From the NCBI GenBank assembly GCA_040767195.1, contig JAXGPA010000001.1, positions 480,001 to 544,000 on the forward strand: a stretch of 64,000 nt of DNA, read 5' to 3'. How positions within the stretch are numbered: the first letter of the stretch is position 1; every line of letters starts with the position of its first letter. Source of the stretch: Syntrophales bacterium. Its GTDB lineage: Bacteria; Desulfobacterota; Syntrophia; Syntrophales; UBA6807. This document shows, piece by piece, positions 10,093-20,154 of the stretch. Position numbers and translations under genes: made by a program. The notes under the pieces were generated by a model. The model was not told the DNA's origin. It did no database searches and worked only from the letters and a program-made list of their open reading frames with translations.

Positions 10093-10164
10093 AAAAGGGG
10101 ACGGATTTATTTTTTATTCTGTGAAAAAAATAAATCCGTCCCCTTTTTTGTCTGTCCCCTTTTT
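10093..10164. repeat. REP/REPIN-like inverted repeat of the same family as 8574-8695
   Basis: AAAAGGGGACGGATTTATTTTTT...AAAAAAATAAATCCGTCCCCTTTT plus an extra TCTGTCCCCTTTT arm. Confidence 0.85.
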
Positions 10165-10167
10165 CTT

Positions 10168-12021
10168 TTACTTGATGGGGCGGTATTCCGGCAGGGTGTC
10201 CATGAGGGCCCTGCGGATCCCGTCTCCGTCATAGGTCGCTGCGGCTTCGAGAAGCTTCTCCACGCGGACCTGCAGAGCCGCCCACTCCCACGTTCCCCCC
10301 TTCAGGACGAGAATCTTCCCGTGCTCCGTCGGGACGATCCCCTCCCCGTCGGTGATGAGCTCCTCGTGGATCTTCTCGCCCGGCCGAAGGCCGATGAAAC
10401 GGATGGGAATATCCCGGTCCGGCTCCATGCCGCTCAAGCGAATCAGGTCTTTCGCCATGTCCACGATCCGGACGGGCCGTCCCATGTCAAGAATGAAGAT
10501 TTCCCCCCCGTTTCCCATGGCGGCGGCCTGGAGAATGAGCTGGGCCGCCTCGGGGATGGTCATGAAATACCGGGTCATCTCGGGGTGGGTGACGGTAACG
10601 GGAAGGCGCCGGGCGATCTGTTCCTGAAACAGGGGGACGACGGACCCGGAGCTCCCCAGGACATTCCCGAACCGGACGGCGAGAAACCGCGTCCCGCCCC
10701 GGCCGTTCATGGACTCGACGAGAAGCTCGGCGACCCTTTTCGTGGCCCCCATGACGCTGGTGGGCCGGACGGCCTTGTCCGTGGACACCAGGACGAACCG
10801 TTCCACCCTCTCCTGAAGGGCCAGTTCCATGACGTTCCGACTGCCCAGGACATTGTTGAAGACCGCCTCCCACGGCTGGAGCTCCTGCATGGGCACATGC
10901 TTGTAGGCGGCGGCATGAAAGACCACCTGGGGCCGGAACAGGCGGAAGACCCGCTCAAGGGCCGGGCGGTTCCGGACATCCACGAGCTCGCTTCTCAGAT
11001 CCAGACCCGGGTTTTTCTGCCGGATTTCCGATTCGATGCGGAATAGATGATATTCGCTGAATTCGACGAGGGCCAGGGATTCGGGATCGAAGCGCCCGAT
11101 CTGCCGGACCAGTTCGCTTCCGATGGAGCCGCCGGCGCCGGTGACGAGAATGCGCTTTCCCTTGAGGCACGCTTCGATGGACGCCCGGTCGAGGTGGACC
11201 TCCTCCCGCCCGAGAAGATCCGCCAGGGTAACGTCCCGAACGGCCTGGACGGACACGCGCCCATCGATGAGCTCCCCCAGTCCGGGCATGGTCCGGTAAC
11301 GCCGGCCCGTTCTTTCGCAGGCGTCCACGATCCGCCGCATGGACTCACCGTCGGCGGACGGAATGGCGATGAGAATCTCGTCGAACAGAACAGGCACCCT
11401 GTCGATATCCGACACGGCGCCGAGAACGGGAACACCGTGGATGGATCTTCCCCGCTTCGCCGGGTCATCATCGAGAAAGCCCACGGGGTGAAGGCGAAGC
11501 TGGCGGTTGTCCGAAATCTCACGGAGGACCTTTTCCCCGGCATTCCCGGCGCCGATGATGAGAAGACTTTTGAAAGCCTGCCCATGGACTCCCCGCCAGT
11601 TCCAGAGGGCCCTCAGGCTGCCGGTGAACAAAAGGCGGCTCAGGACCCGGACTCCGGCGACAAGAAGAAAGGTGAGGACATAGTCTATGATATAGACGGA
11701 CCGTGAAAATCCCTGGAAGTGAAATGTGAAAAGAAGTACCAGGACAACGGCCACGGAAGCGGCCGTCACGGCCTTGAGGACGTTGGCCAGATCGACGAGG
11801 CTCGTGTAGCGCCACATGCCCCGGTAAAGATGGAAAAGGAAAAAAAAGGCCATCTTGACGGGCACCACCCAGGGCAGGGTTTTCCCGATATTGGCCCACT
11901 CAAGGGGCGGGAGGTCCCCCTCGAACCGGAGGGCATAGGCGAGGAGGTAGGCCGCCGTCACCAGGAGAAGGTCCGCCAGGGGAGCAAGGAAGGGCCGAAG
12001 TTTCAAGTGAAACCTGTCCAT
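10168..12021 (-). CDS. Membrane-bound UDP-GlcNAc 4,6-dehydratase (PglF/CapD/WbpM family)
   Basis: N-terminal TM segments, TGAGGSIGSEL, HAAAYKHVP, STDKAV.PTSVMGATKR, VRFGNVLGSSGSV. Confidence 0.95.
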   Translation of the reverse strand: MDRFHLKLRPFLAPLADLLLVTAAYLLAYALRFEGDLPPLEWANIGKTLPWVVPVKMAFFFLFHLYRGMWRYTSLVDLANVLKAVTAASVAVVLVLLFTFHFQGFSRSVYIIDYVLTFLLVAGVRVLSRLLFTGSLRALWNWRGVHGQAFKSLLIIGAGNAGEKVLREISDNRQLRLHPVGFLDDDPAKRGRSIHGVPVLGAVSDIDRVPVLFDEILIAIPSADGESMRRIVDACERTGRRYRTMPGLGELIDGRVSVQAVRDVTLADLLGREEVHLDRASIEACLKGKRILVTGAGGSIGSELVRQIGRFDPESLALVEFSEYHLFRIESEIRQKNPGLDLRSELVDVRNRPALERVFRLFRPQVVFHAAAYKHVPMQELQPWEAVFNNVLGSRNVMELALQERVERFVLVSTDKAVRPTSVMGATKRVAELLVESMNGRGGTRFLAVRFGNVLGSSGSVVPLFQEQIARRLPVTVTHPEMTRYFMTIPEAAQLILQAAAMGNGGEIFILDMGRPVRIVDMAKDLIRLSGMEPDRDIPIRFIGLRPGEKIHEELITDGEGIVPTEHGKILVLKGGTWEWAALQVRVEKLLEAAATYDGDGIRRALMDTLPEYRPIK

Positions 12022-12025
12022 GATT

Positions 12026-12637
12026 CTACGGAGTCCTCAGGGGCAGCCGGGGGACCAGGGTCATCAGGATGACCCGGATGTCCCGGGACAGGGTCGCTTT
12101 TTTGCCGTATTCCAGGTTCAGCCTTATTTTTTCCGGAACGAGGACCCGGACATAGTACTCCTCGGGGTCCCCGGCACGGGCCAGGCATTCCGATTCGTCG
12201 CGGTACCGGATGGACGCGGGGTCGGTGATCCCCGGCATCAGGTCCAGGACCCTTCGCTCTTCGGGAGAGTACCGGGCGACGTAACGGGCCACCTCCGGCC
12301 GGGGCCCGACGAGGCTCATGGTCCCTTCAAGGACGTTGAAGAGCTGGGGCAGTTCGTCGACCTTCCACCCCCGGAGCCGTTTCCCCAGGGCGGTAATCCG
12401 CCCGTCCCCGCCCACGGTGAGAAGGGCGCCCCGCTTCTCCGCGCCGGGGACCATGGTCCGGAACTTCCACATGCGAAAAGGCTTTCCGCCCCGGCCGACC
12501 CGCGCCTGCCTGAAAAAAACGGGGCTGCCGTCGCAGACCCGGATACACAGGGCCACGGCGCACAGGAGGGGGCTGAGAAGGACCACGCCCAGGAAGGACG
12601 CCGCGAGATCGAAGGGCCTTTTCATGGCTCCGGTCAC
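12026..12637 (-). CDS. Monotopic phosphoglycosyl transferase (PglC/Bac_transf family)
   Basis: KR.FDL, FFRQ.RVG, KFRTM, DELPQL.NVL.G.MSLVGPRPE, PGITD. Confidence 0.95.
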   Translation of the reverse strand: MTGAMKRPFDLAASFLGVVLLSPLLCAVALCIRVCDGSPVFFRQARVGRGGKPFRMWKFRTMVPGAEKRGALLTVGGDGRITALGKRLRGWKVDELPQLFNVLEGTMSLVGPRPEVARYVARYSPEERRVLDLMPGITDPASIRYRDESECLARAGDPEEYYVRVLVPEKIRLNLEYGKKATLSRDIRVILMTLVPRLPLRTP

Positions 12638-13797
12638 CGCCGGTATCGCCGGATCACGTCACGGACGGCCTCGACGACATCCCCGGCGTCCCCGTCGGTC
12701 ATCCGAAGGTTGAGAGGCAGGCTCACCATGCGTTCGAAGTTCTTCCAGGCCACGGGGAAGTCTTCCTTCCCGTAACGGTATTTCTCCCGGTAGTAGGGAT
12801 GAACGTGAAGGGGGATGAAATGGACGGACGTCCCGATGTTCAGGGCCTTCAGTTCCTCGATGAACCGGTCCCGGTGGATCGTCAGGGCTTCCGGAACGAG
12901 CCGGAGCACATAGAGATACCAGGCATGGTCCACATTCTCTCTTTCCACGGGAATCTCCAGCGCTTCCTCATCCCGGAAAGCCTCCCGGTAGAGGGCGACG
13001 ATCTCCCGCCGCCGCTTCTGGTAGGATTCGAGCTTCGCCAGCTGATGCAGCCCCAGGCTCGCCTGGATGTCCGTCATGTTGTACTTGAACCCGGGCAGGA
13101 CGACCTCGTAAAACCACCCCCCCGCCTGGTCGTACCGCTTCCAGGCGTCCCGGCTCATGCCGTGGAGGCTGACGACCCGGGCCTTCTCCAGGAACCCGGG
13201 ATCTCCCGTGAGCATCCCCCCCTCGCCGGTTGTGAGGTTTTTGGTGGCGTAAAAACTGAAGGAGGCGGGGTTGTCACCGGATCCCACGACGCGTCCCCGG
13301 TATCTGGCCGGCAGGGCGTGGGCGGCGTCCTCGACAACGAGAAGGCCGCGGGACCCCGCCAGATCGAGAATGGCGTCCATGTCCGCGGGGTGGCCGGCGA
13401 AATGAACGGGCATGACGGCTTTCGTCTTTTCCGAAAGGGCCGCCTCGACACGGGTTGGATCAATGTTCAGCGTGTCAGGCTCCACGTCGACGAGAACGGG
13501 CCGCGCCCCGGTCTGTTCAATGACGTTCGCCGTGGCGGCGAAGGTCAGGGTGGTGGTGATCACCTCGTCCCCCGGCCCGACGCCCGCCGTGACGAGGGCC
13601 GTGTGGAGTCCGGCGGTGCACGAGTTCAGGGCCAGGGCCCCGGGAGCGTGAACGAACCGGGCGAAATCCTCTTCGAACTTCCTCGTCTTGGGTCCCGTGG
13701 TGATCCAGTCCGACCGAAGGGTGTCGACGACTTCCCGGATCTCATCTTCCCCGATCAGGGGGGGTGAGAAGGGGAGGAACTCTTTCCGCATTTCCAT
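12634..13797 (-). CDS. DegT/DnrJ/EryC1/StrS PLP-dependent sugar aminotransferase
   Basis: NSCTAGLH, VEDAAHA, SFYATKNLTTGEGGM, GFKYNMTDIQA. Confidence 0.96.
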   Translation of the reverse strand: MEMRKEFLPFSPPLIGEDEIREVVDTLRSDWITTGPKTRKFEEDFARFVHAPGALALNSCTAGLHTALVTAGVGPGDEVITTTLTFAATANVIEQTGARPVLVDVEPDTLNIDPTRVEAALSEKTKAVMPVHFAGHPADMDAILDLAGSRGLLVVEDAAHALPARYRGRVVGSGDNPASFSFYATKNLTTGEGGMLTGDPGFLEKARVVSLHGMSRDAWKRYDQAGGWFYEVVLPGFKYNMTDIQASLGLHQLAKLESYQKRRREIVALYREAFRDEEALEIPVERENVDHAWYLYVLRLVPEALTIHRDRFIEELKALNIGTSVHFIPLHVHPYYREKYRYGKEDFPVAWKNFERMVSLPLNLRMTDGDAGDVVEAVRDVIRRYRR

Positions 13798-13888
13798 TCT
13801 CCCTCAAAAATTGCTACATGATACAGAAAAAAAGCGTTCAGGGAAACAAAATCTCCGAACACGGCAACTCATCGAAAACGCCGGCCGC

Positions 13889-15214
13889 TCAAGAACCTTG
13901 ACGTTCCCTTGAAAAATCGGCCTGCACGGTGCGTTTCCCGGCAGCGGCCCGTCCGGCGTCTCCCGCTCCGGGTAAACTCCCCGCTTTGTTCTCGAGGACC
14001 CGAAGAAACCTTTCCGCTAACACCCCGTAATCGTGACGGGCCGTCACGTATCGCCGGCCTTTTTCCCCCATCTTTTCCCGCGCCGCGGGAGACAGGGCGG
14101 CCAGGGCCTTCAAGGAACCGGCAAGGGCAGGGGCGTCGCCCGGCGCGACCGTCAGTCCGCAGCCGCTCTCCCCGACCGGGTCGTTGCCCGCCTCGATGGC
14201 CGAAAGGACAGGCTTACCCGCCATCATGTAGTCCATGAGCTTGTTCGGGCTTATCCCGAACCGGAAAAGGGGCTCCGGCCGCAGGCCGATGTACAGGAGA
14301 TCCATACGGGACAAGAGGTCGGGAACGGCCTTCCGGGGCACCGTCGGAAGGAAAACGACCCGTTCAAGCCCGATTGAGCGGGCCCTTTGGCGAAGAGCCT
14401 CCTTTTCAGGTCCCTGTCCGGCGAGAACGAACCAGAAGGGTCCCCTTTTCAGGATCTCCGCCGCCTCAAGCAGCGTGTTCAGATTGTTGGCCAGCCCATG
14501 GGCCCCGGCGTAGCCGACGATGAGCCCCTTTTGCCGCCGCAATTCCGAAAAAACCGTTTCGTGCGTCTCCGGTATCTTCACGGAATGGTTCCGCCACTCC
14601 TCTAGATCGACCCCATTGGGAATGTAAACGAACTTATCCCGGGCCATGCCGTGGCGCTCCATGTGGGCCCGGGCTTCGGGGAGCATGGACACGACCCGGT
14701 CCGCCGCCCGGTAGGCGAAATCCTCCGCCCCCTGCATGACCAGGATAAAGGGGTGCCGGGGAGACATTCCCCCCAGTTCCACGGGAGAGAGGGGCCACAG
14801 GTCATGGACCTCGAAAACGAGCCTGGCCCCTGCCCTGCGGGCCATGAGCCAGGCCGGGAAGATGTCCAGGGGATAGGTGGAAGAGGCGATGACCACGTCG
14901 GGACGGACCAGCCTCAAAATTTTTCCGTGATGGAAAAAAAGACGAAAAATGAAGGCCCCCATGTTCCGGACCCGGCGCATGTCGTTTCCACCGTAACGGG
15001 GCGTGGAAAGCCACAGGTAACGGATCCCGTCCACCCACGATTCTTTCCCGGCTGATGGGACCTTGGGGTTTTTCGTCCTCACATGGGAAAAGGAGGCCGC
15101 CGCTATGGTCACCTCATGGCCCCGGCGGACCCACTCCCGGGCGAGGTAATAAGGCCGGAACTCCATTCCGAGATCGGGGGATCCCGCGTAGTGATTGATG
15201 AGCAGGACGTTCAT
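13889..15214 (-). CDS. Glycosyltransferase family 4 (WbuB-like)
   Basis: INHYAGSP..GMEFRPYY, FEVHDLWP, YAGAHG.AN, GISPNKLMDYM. Confidence 0.93.
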   Translation of the reverse strand: MNVLLINHYAGSPDLGMEFRPYYLAREWVRRGHEVTIAAASFSHVRTKNPKVPSAGKESWVDGIRYLWLSTPRYGGNDMRRVRNMGAFIFRLFFHHGKILRLVRPDVVIASSTYPLDIFPAWLMARRAGARLVFEVHDLWPLSPVELGGMSPRHPFILVMQGAEDFAYRAADRVVSMLPEARAHMERHGMARDKFVYIPNGVDLEEWRNHSVKIPETHETVFSELRRQKGLIVGYAGAHGLANNLNTLLEAAEILKRGPFWFVLAGQGPEKEALRQRARSIGLERVVFLPTVPRKAVPDLLSRMDLLYIGLRPEPLFRFGISPNKLMDYMMAGKPVLSAIEAGNDPVGESGCGLTVAPGDAPALAGSLKALAALSPAAREKMGEKGRRYVTARHDYGVLAERFLRVLENKAGSLPGAGDAGRAAAGKRTVQADFSRERQGS

Positions 15215-15946
15215 GCCTCACCCTCCCGGGAAAGACCGGCAAGATCGAAGAGCCGGGGGATGAAGATGGACCGCATCCGCTCGGGAAAGAGGGCCCTTTC
15301 GGCTGTGATCCGCCGGTTCCTCTCCGCCACGGCCGCCCAGTTCCTTTCCATGTCCCCGATCTCGGAGAGGGAAAGGCCGTCATGACAGAGCAAGCCTTTT
15401 TCGCCGTGTTTCACCCTCTCCCGATTGGCGGGGAGGTTGGAGACGATGGGAATGCATCCGTGAACCACGGCGAAATCGGGAACGTCCCCACGGACGCAGC
15501 TGTGAGCCGAAACCACGCACCCTTTCCCGATACGGGTTCCCGGCATGATAACGGAAAAGGGCCCGACGTAAGTGCAGGGGCCGATGGAAACCTCGCCTTC
15601 CCCGTATTCCCCAAGATCCTTCTCACCGACGTAGGCCCGGCCGTGGAGCCGGATCGCCCGGTGGCTCGAATGAGTCAGGATGCTCACAATACCCTGACCT
15701 GGAAGCCTTCCCCGATGGTCACTTTCCGGAACGTGTCGATGAAATTGAAAGGGCCGATGTAAACGTGGTCCTCCACCATGAAGTTTCTCCCGTCCCCGAT
15801 GTGGGCGGCACTGCTCACACGGGTGTGATGAAAAAAGGCTCCGTCGAAACGGCGGCAGCATAGTGCATGACCGGTTTCAGGGAAAGCCTTTTCAGCTCCT
15901 TTTTCAGCTGCCGGAACCAAATCCGGGCCCTCTCGCTCACGGTCAT
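15211..15946 (-). pseudogene. Frameshifted hexapeptide acyltransferase fused by deletion to a glycosyltransferase C-terminal fragment
   Basis: Three frames join as MTVSERAR...(15946) / RRFDG..HHTRVS..VYIGPFNFID..IGEG / ILTHSSH..IGPCTYVGP..IMPGTRIGKG; then abrupt switch near 15460 to GT4-like IPIVSNLPANRE.VKHGE.GL. Confidence 0.75.
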
Positions 15947-16022
15947 AGGAGCCTTCTGCCTGATTTGCCGCAGCCCATCCCGGCCTCCTTTTTCAGGACC
16001 CGAACCGGTCTTTCCAAACCCT

Positions 16023-17306
16023 TCACGACGCCCCGTTCCCGACCCCCTGGTCGGGCGGAAGAATCCTTACGACCCACAGGATCATCCCGACGAGAAAGAC
16101 GACCTGGGTTGCGGAAAGAAGAAAAAGACTCCATGTCACGTCTCCCGTCCAGATTCCGCCGGCGGCGACCGCCCCGAGGACGAGGGCTATCCCCGTCACG
16201 TTCAGGCCAAGCAGTTCCTTCTGCCGGTTGACAAGGAGGGGCACCTGGGACAGGGGGGCGAAGGCGAACCGGAGCATCATCCAGGGGGCGAGGATCCGGG
16301 CGTATTCCCCGGCCACCCGCCAGGGGCTTCCGAGAACGAAGGCGAACAGTTCCGGACCCCAGAGGAGAATGATGAGAAAAATAGGGGACGCCACCGCGAG
16401 CGCCCCCAGAAGGACCCGGACGGTGAGCTCCTTCAGGTTTTCATCTCGTGCCATCATTTCCGCCGCTTTCTGGTAGAAGACATGGGACAGGGCGCTCCCG
16501 ATGAAAGACAAGGGAACCGCGAGAATCCGAAATGTCCGGGAGTAAACCCCCAGGGACGCCTCGTCGAAATAATAGGCGATGAGGAAGCTGATCCCACTGT
16601 ACTGGGCCGTGTCGGTGAGAATGAACCACGTGTTCAGCTGGGGGAATTCGCGGTAGGACCGGGCGGCGGCCGTCATGTCCCGCCAGCTGGCTGGGAGAGA
16701 AGGTCCTTTCTTCCGGAAAAAACCAAAAAAAGCCAGGTGGGCCGCTGAAAGGGCCTGGCCCGCCACCTGGGCCAGGACGAGCCCCGACGCCCCCAGGCCC
16801 CCATATCCGGCGGCAACGCCGAGGCCGGCGTTGGACAGGCTCTGGGTCACCCGGGAGCCGGAGATCTGCAAGAAATCTTTTCTCCGAACTATCCAGTAGT
16901 GCAGGCTCTGGTAAATGCCGTAGAAAAAAACCACGACGGGCACGAGATAAAGATAGGGTGAAAGCCCGGGGCTCCCGAAAAGGCGGCAGATCGGCCCGTT
17001 GAATCCCGTCATGAGAAAGAGCGAAACGACCGAAACGAAGAGCGTGACCGTGACGGCCACCCAGAAGACCGGGGCGGCCTCCCTCTCCCCGGCGGGGATC
17101 ATGACGGCCATCTCGTAGCGCCCCGTCGCGACAACGGCAAAAAGGGTGCTGATGGAAATGAAGAGAGCCAGGATCCCGAACTCCTCCGGCCGGTACAGGC
17201 GGGTCAGGAAGGGCTCTGCCGCCAGGGGAATGACCTGGGCGACGGCATTCCCCGTAACCAGGGCCATGACGTTTCGGACAAAATCGGAGGAAAGAAGCTT
17301 TATCAC
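16023..17306 (-). CDS. wzx: Wzx-type oligosaccharide flippase
   Basis: About 12 TM; F.RNV..L.TG..AQ...P.LTRLY.PEEFG, RYE.A..IP, LG..W..AGEY. Confidence 0.9.
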   Translation of the reverse strand: MIKLLSSDFVRNVMALVTGNAVAQVIPLAAEPFLTRLYRPEEFGILALFISISTLFAVVATGRYEMAVMIPAGEREAAPVFWVAVTVTLFVSVVSLFLMTGFNGPICRLFGSPGLSPYLYLVPVVVFFYGIYQSLHYWIVRRKDFLQISGSRVTQSLSNAGLGVAAGYGGLGASGLVLAQVAGQALSAAHLAFFGFFRKKGPSLPASWRDMTAAARSYREFPQLNTWFILTDTAQYSGISFLIAYYFDEASLGVYSRTFRILAVPLSFIGSALSHVFYQKAAEMMARDENLKELTVRVLLGALAVASPIFLIILLWGPELFAFVLGSPWRVAGEYARILAPWMMLRFAFAPLSQVPLLVNRQKELLGLNVTGIALVLGAVAAGGIWTGDVTWSLFLLSATQVVFLVGMILWVVRILPPDQGVGNGAS

Positions 17307-17453
17307 ACAAACCGTCTCGACGATCGGTCGGGGCGCGGGCCCCGTGTCTGTAAAAATTCCACCTGGCCGTGCCGGCCCGGGTCCATTTCCAAACCGGGAA
17401 GGGCAGGCCTTTGCTGTGTCGTTTCATCGTGACCGGGCAGAGGCGAGGGTCCG

Positions 17454-19052
17454 TCACGAACCGGCTTTCTCCAAGCCCCCGGATGCCTTCCTGTAATCGA
17501 GACCGCACCCGGGGCAGCAAAGCCGGTCGTCCAGGGTCGTCCCGCAATCACAGACCCACCCCTTCAGCCTCGCCGGGTTTCCCGTGACGAGGCCATGGTC
17601 GGGAACGTTTCCGGTCACCACCGCCCCGGCGCCGACCAGGGCATACCGTCCGATGGTCACCCCGCAGACGATGGTGGCGTTCGCCCCAATGGTCGCCCCC
17701 TTTTTCACCACCGTCGCTCTCAGTTCATCCATTTTCCGGATCTCCGCCCGGGGGTTGAAGACGTTCGTGAAAACCATGGACGGGCCGCAGAAAACCCCGT
17801 CCTCCAGGGTCACCCCCTTGTAGACGCTCACGTTGTTCTGGATCCGGCACCGCGACCCGATGGTCACGTCGGGGCCGATGACCACGTTCTGACCGATATT
17901 GCAGCCCTCCCCGACGCGGGACCCGGGAAGAACATGGGAAAAATGCCACACCCGGGTCCCCTCTCCGATGAAGGCCCCTTTCTCGACAATCGCCGTGGGG
18001 TGGACGAAAGCCTTCACCGGCCGCTCTTCTTTTTGCCCGGGAGAGTCCGCTGCCCCCTTCCCGGCGAAGGGGACTTCCCGCCCCCCCTCGTCGAGGGACT
18101 GCTGGGATGCATTCAGGATCTGCAGAACCTTGAGCCCTTCCCGGCCGTCGGTCACCGGGGGTTCGCCCGTTTTGACGCTCCTGAGAAACTGAAGGCACTC
18201 GAGCTTCAAGGGTTCCGCCTCGTCGAGGGGGATGCGCTCCGCCTCCGCTTTCGAGGCCACGGGGACCTGGTTCCGCCACCGGATCTCGTGGGGATAGAGC
18301 ACCAGCTTGTCCGTCCAGGGCTGCGTGTCGTCGAAAACAGCCATCTTCCGGTCCCCCACGACGACGAGCTTCTGCTCCTTGAAAGGGTGGAGCCAGGAAA
18401 CGAAGATGTGGGCCCGAAGCCCCGAGGGAAAATGAAGGTGGGTCATGGTCACGTCGGCGATCTTCTGGTGGAGGTAATTCCCCCCGGTGGCGGAAACGCT
18501 TTCCGCCTCCTCTCCGGCCAGTCCGAGAATCATGGAGATGTCATGGGGGGCGAAAGACCACAGGGCGTTCTCCTCCCGCCGGATCTTCCCCAGGTTGAGC
18601 CGGTTCGAATAGATGTAATTCACCCGTCCCAACTCGCCGGCTTTCACGAGTTCTTTCAGACGGATGAAAGCGGGGTGATACTGAAGAAGGTGCCCCACCA
18701 TGAGGATCCGGCGGCCCGACGCCGCCAGGTCGATGAGTTCCAGGGCTTCCTCCTCACGGAGGACCAGGGGTTTTTCCACGAAGGCGTGTTTCCCCGCCAG
18801 CAAGACCTCGCGGACCACCGTGTAATGCGTTTCCGCCGGCGTCGCCACAACGGCGGCGGAAATGTCTTCTCGGGAAAGGACGTCGCTCACCGCCAGGACC
18901 CCCTTGACGCCGGGAAAAGCCGCTTCCACCTCCGCCAGGACGGCCTCATTCTTGTCGCAGACGAGGCGAAGGGCGCCCAGTTCATGAAAATTCCGGACCA
19001 GGTTCCGTCCCCAGTATCCCGCTCCGATGACGGCGATACCTGATGTTGTCAT
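17454..19052 (-). CDS. Fused Gfo/Idh/MocA dehydrogenase and hexapeptide N-acetyltransferase (WbpB/WlbA + WbpD/WlbB-like)
   Basis: GAGYWG.NL.RN, VEKP, SFAPHD in the N-domain; [41 protein letters not shown] in the C-domain. Confidence 0.92.
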   Translation of the reverse strand: MTTSGIAVIGAGYWGRNLVRNFHELGALRLVCDKNEAVLAEVEAAFPGVKGVLAVSDVLSREDISAAVVATPAETHYTVVREVLLAGKHAFVEKPLVLREEEALELIDLAASGRRILMVGHLLQYHPAFIRLKELVKAGELGRVNYIYSNRLNLGKIRREENALWSFAPHDISMILGLAGEEAESVSATGGNYLHQKIADVTMTHLHFPSGLRAHIFVSWLHPFKEQKLVVVGDRKMAVFDDTQPWTDKLVLYPHEIRWRNQVPVASKAEAERIPLDEAEPLKLECLQFLRSVKTGEPPVTDGREGLKVLQILNASQQSLDEGGREVPFAGKGAADSPGQKEERPVKAFVHPTAIVEKGAFIGEGTRVWHFSHVLPGSRVGEGCNIGQNVVIGPDVTIGSRCRIQNNVSVYKGVTLEDGVFCGPSMVFTNVFNPRAEIRKMDELRATVVKKGATIGANATIVCGVTIGRYALVGAGAVVTGNVPDHGLVTGNPARLKGWVCDCGTTLDDRLCCPGCGLDYRKASGGLEKAGS

Positions 19053-19146
19053 GGCAAGATCCTTTCACGTCATATCGGGAAAGATGAGACCCTGAAGAAC
19101 CGGTCGACCGTCTCAAGGGTTTCCCCTTGAAACGCCCCCAGGCTCA

Positions 19147-20154
19147 TCAATCTCCAAAAGGCTGAACCGCCGGGTTTTCCGCCGCTCTTCTCCTGATATG
19201 CGAACCGAAGAAAACGAAAGCGGTGAAAAACAACAGGAGCAGCAAAGTCACTGAAAAAAACCCATAAGGCTTCACGAGAAAAAGAAGGCTCCCGAGAATG
19301 ATCTGGACCATCCCGTAAAGAATGGAGATTTTCCAGTGGGCAACGCCTCTCTCGTTGGCCAGTACCTGGTACAGGTGCCGGCGGTGAGCCAGGAGGAGAT
19401 TTTCTCCCCGTCTCCACCGGATGAACAGGGTCGTCAGCACGTCAGCGTAAATGAGGCCGGCGCATCCGGACAGGACGGCGAAATCGAGGGGGCTCCCGGA
19501 CAGGATGATGACGAGCCCACCGTAGAGAAAACCGATAAGGATGCTGCCCACGTCCCCCATGAAGACCTTGGCCCGGGGAAAATTGAGGGGAAGGAATCCC
19601 AGGCACGCCGCCGCCAGGCAGAGGGCGAGCCGGAAATACAGGAGGTCGCCTCCTTCCGTATACACGAACAAGGCTGCGAATCCGAAAGAAACGGCACTGG
19701 ATAGGGCGAGCATCCCGTCGATACCGTCCATGAAATTGAAAAAATTGGCCGTGCCGACGATGTAAACGGAGGCGAAAAGGACGAAAGGAATGAGCAGCTC
19801 GGATCCAGCAGCCGGTCCCGCCAGGGGGAAGAAGGATAGAACAAAAACGGCCACGACGGCGAACTGGATGGCCAGGCGGAAGAGAGGGGAAAGCTTGAAC
19901 CAGTCGCCGTAAAGGCTGACGAGGGACAGGATGGCGGCGGGAAACCAGAGCCCGGGAGGAACCCGGAGATAGAGGGCGGCGAAAAGAAAGGCGGCCAGAA
20001 TACCCACACCGCCACCCGTGGGCATGGGGTCCCGGTGGGAACTTCTCTCCCCGGGCATGTCGATCAACCGTCCATTCCGGGCGAACTTCATGACGAGGAG
20101 GCCGCCGAGGGCGCTCAGGGTAATGCTGAGAAGATAAAGGGCCATGTCCGTCAT
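19147..20154 (-). CDS. Polytopic phosphoglycosyl transferase (WecA/WbpL, MraY-like)
   Basis: P..RSSH..P.PTGGG, N.FNFMDGIDG, FMGDVGS, AHRRHLYQ. Confidence 0.93.
   Translation of the reverse strand: MTDMALYLLSITLSALGGLLVMKFARNGRLIDMPGERSSHRDPMPTGGGVGILAAFLFAALYLRVPPGLWFPAAILSLVSLYGDWFKLSPLFRLAIQFAVVAVFVLSFFPLAGPAAGSELLIPFVLFASVYIVGTANFFNFMDGIDGMLALSSAVSFGFAALFVYTEGGDLLYFRLALCLAAACLGFLPLNFPRAKVFMGDVGSILIGFLYGGLVIILSGSPLDFAVLSGCAGLIYADVLTTLFIRWRRGENLLLAHRRHLYQVLANERGVAHWKISILYGMVQIILGSLLFLVKPYGFFSVTLLLLLFFTAFVFFGSHIRRRAAENPAVQPFGD

Noticed and set aside
8574..10164. CRISPR array or IS ends
   Set aside because: The repeats are inverted pairs without regular spacers; no cas, transposase, integrase or reverse transcriptase gene was recognised in the window.
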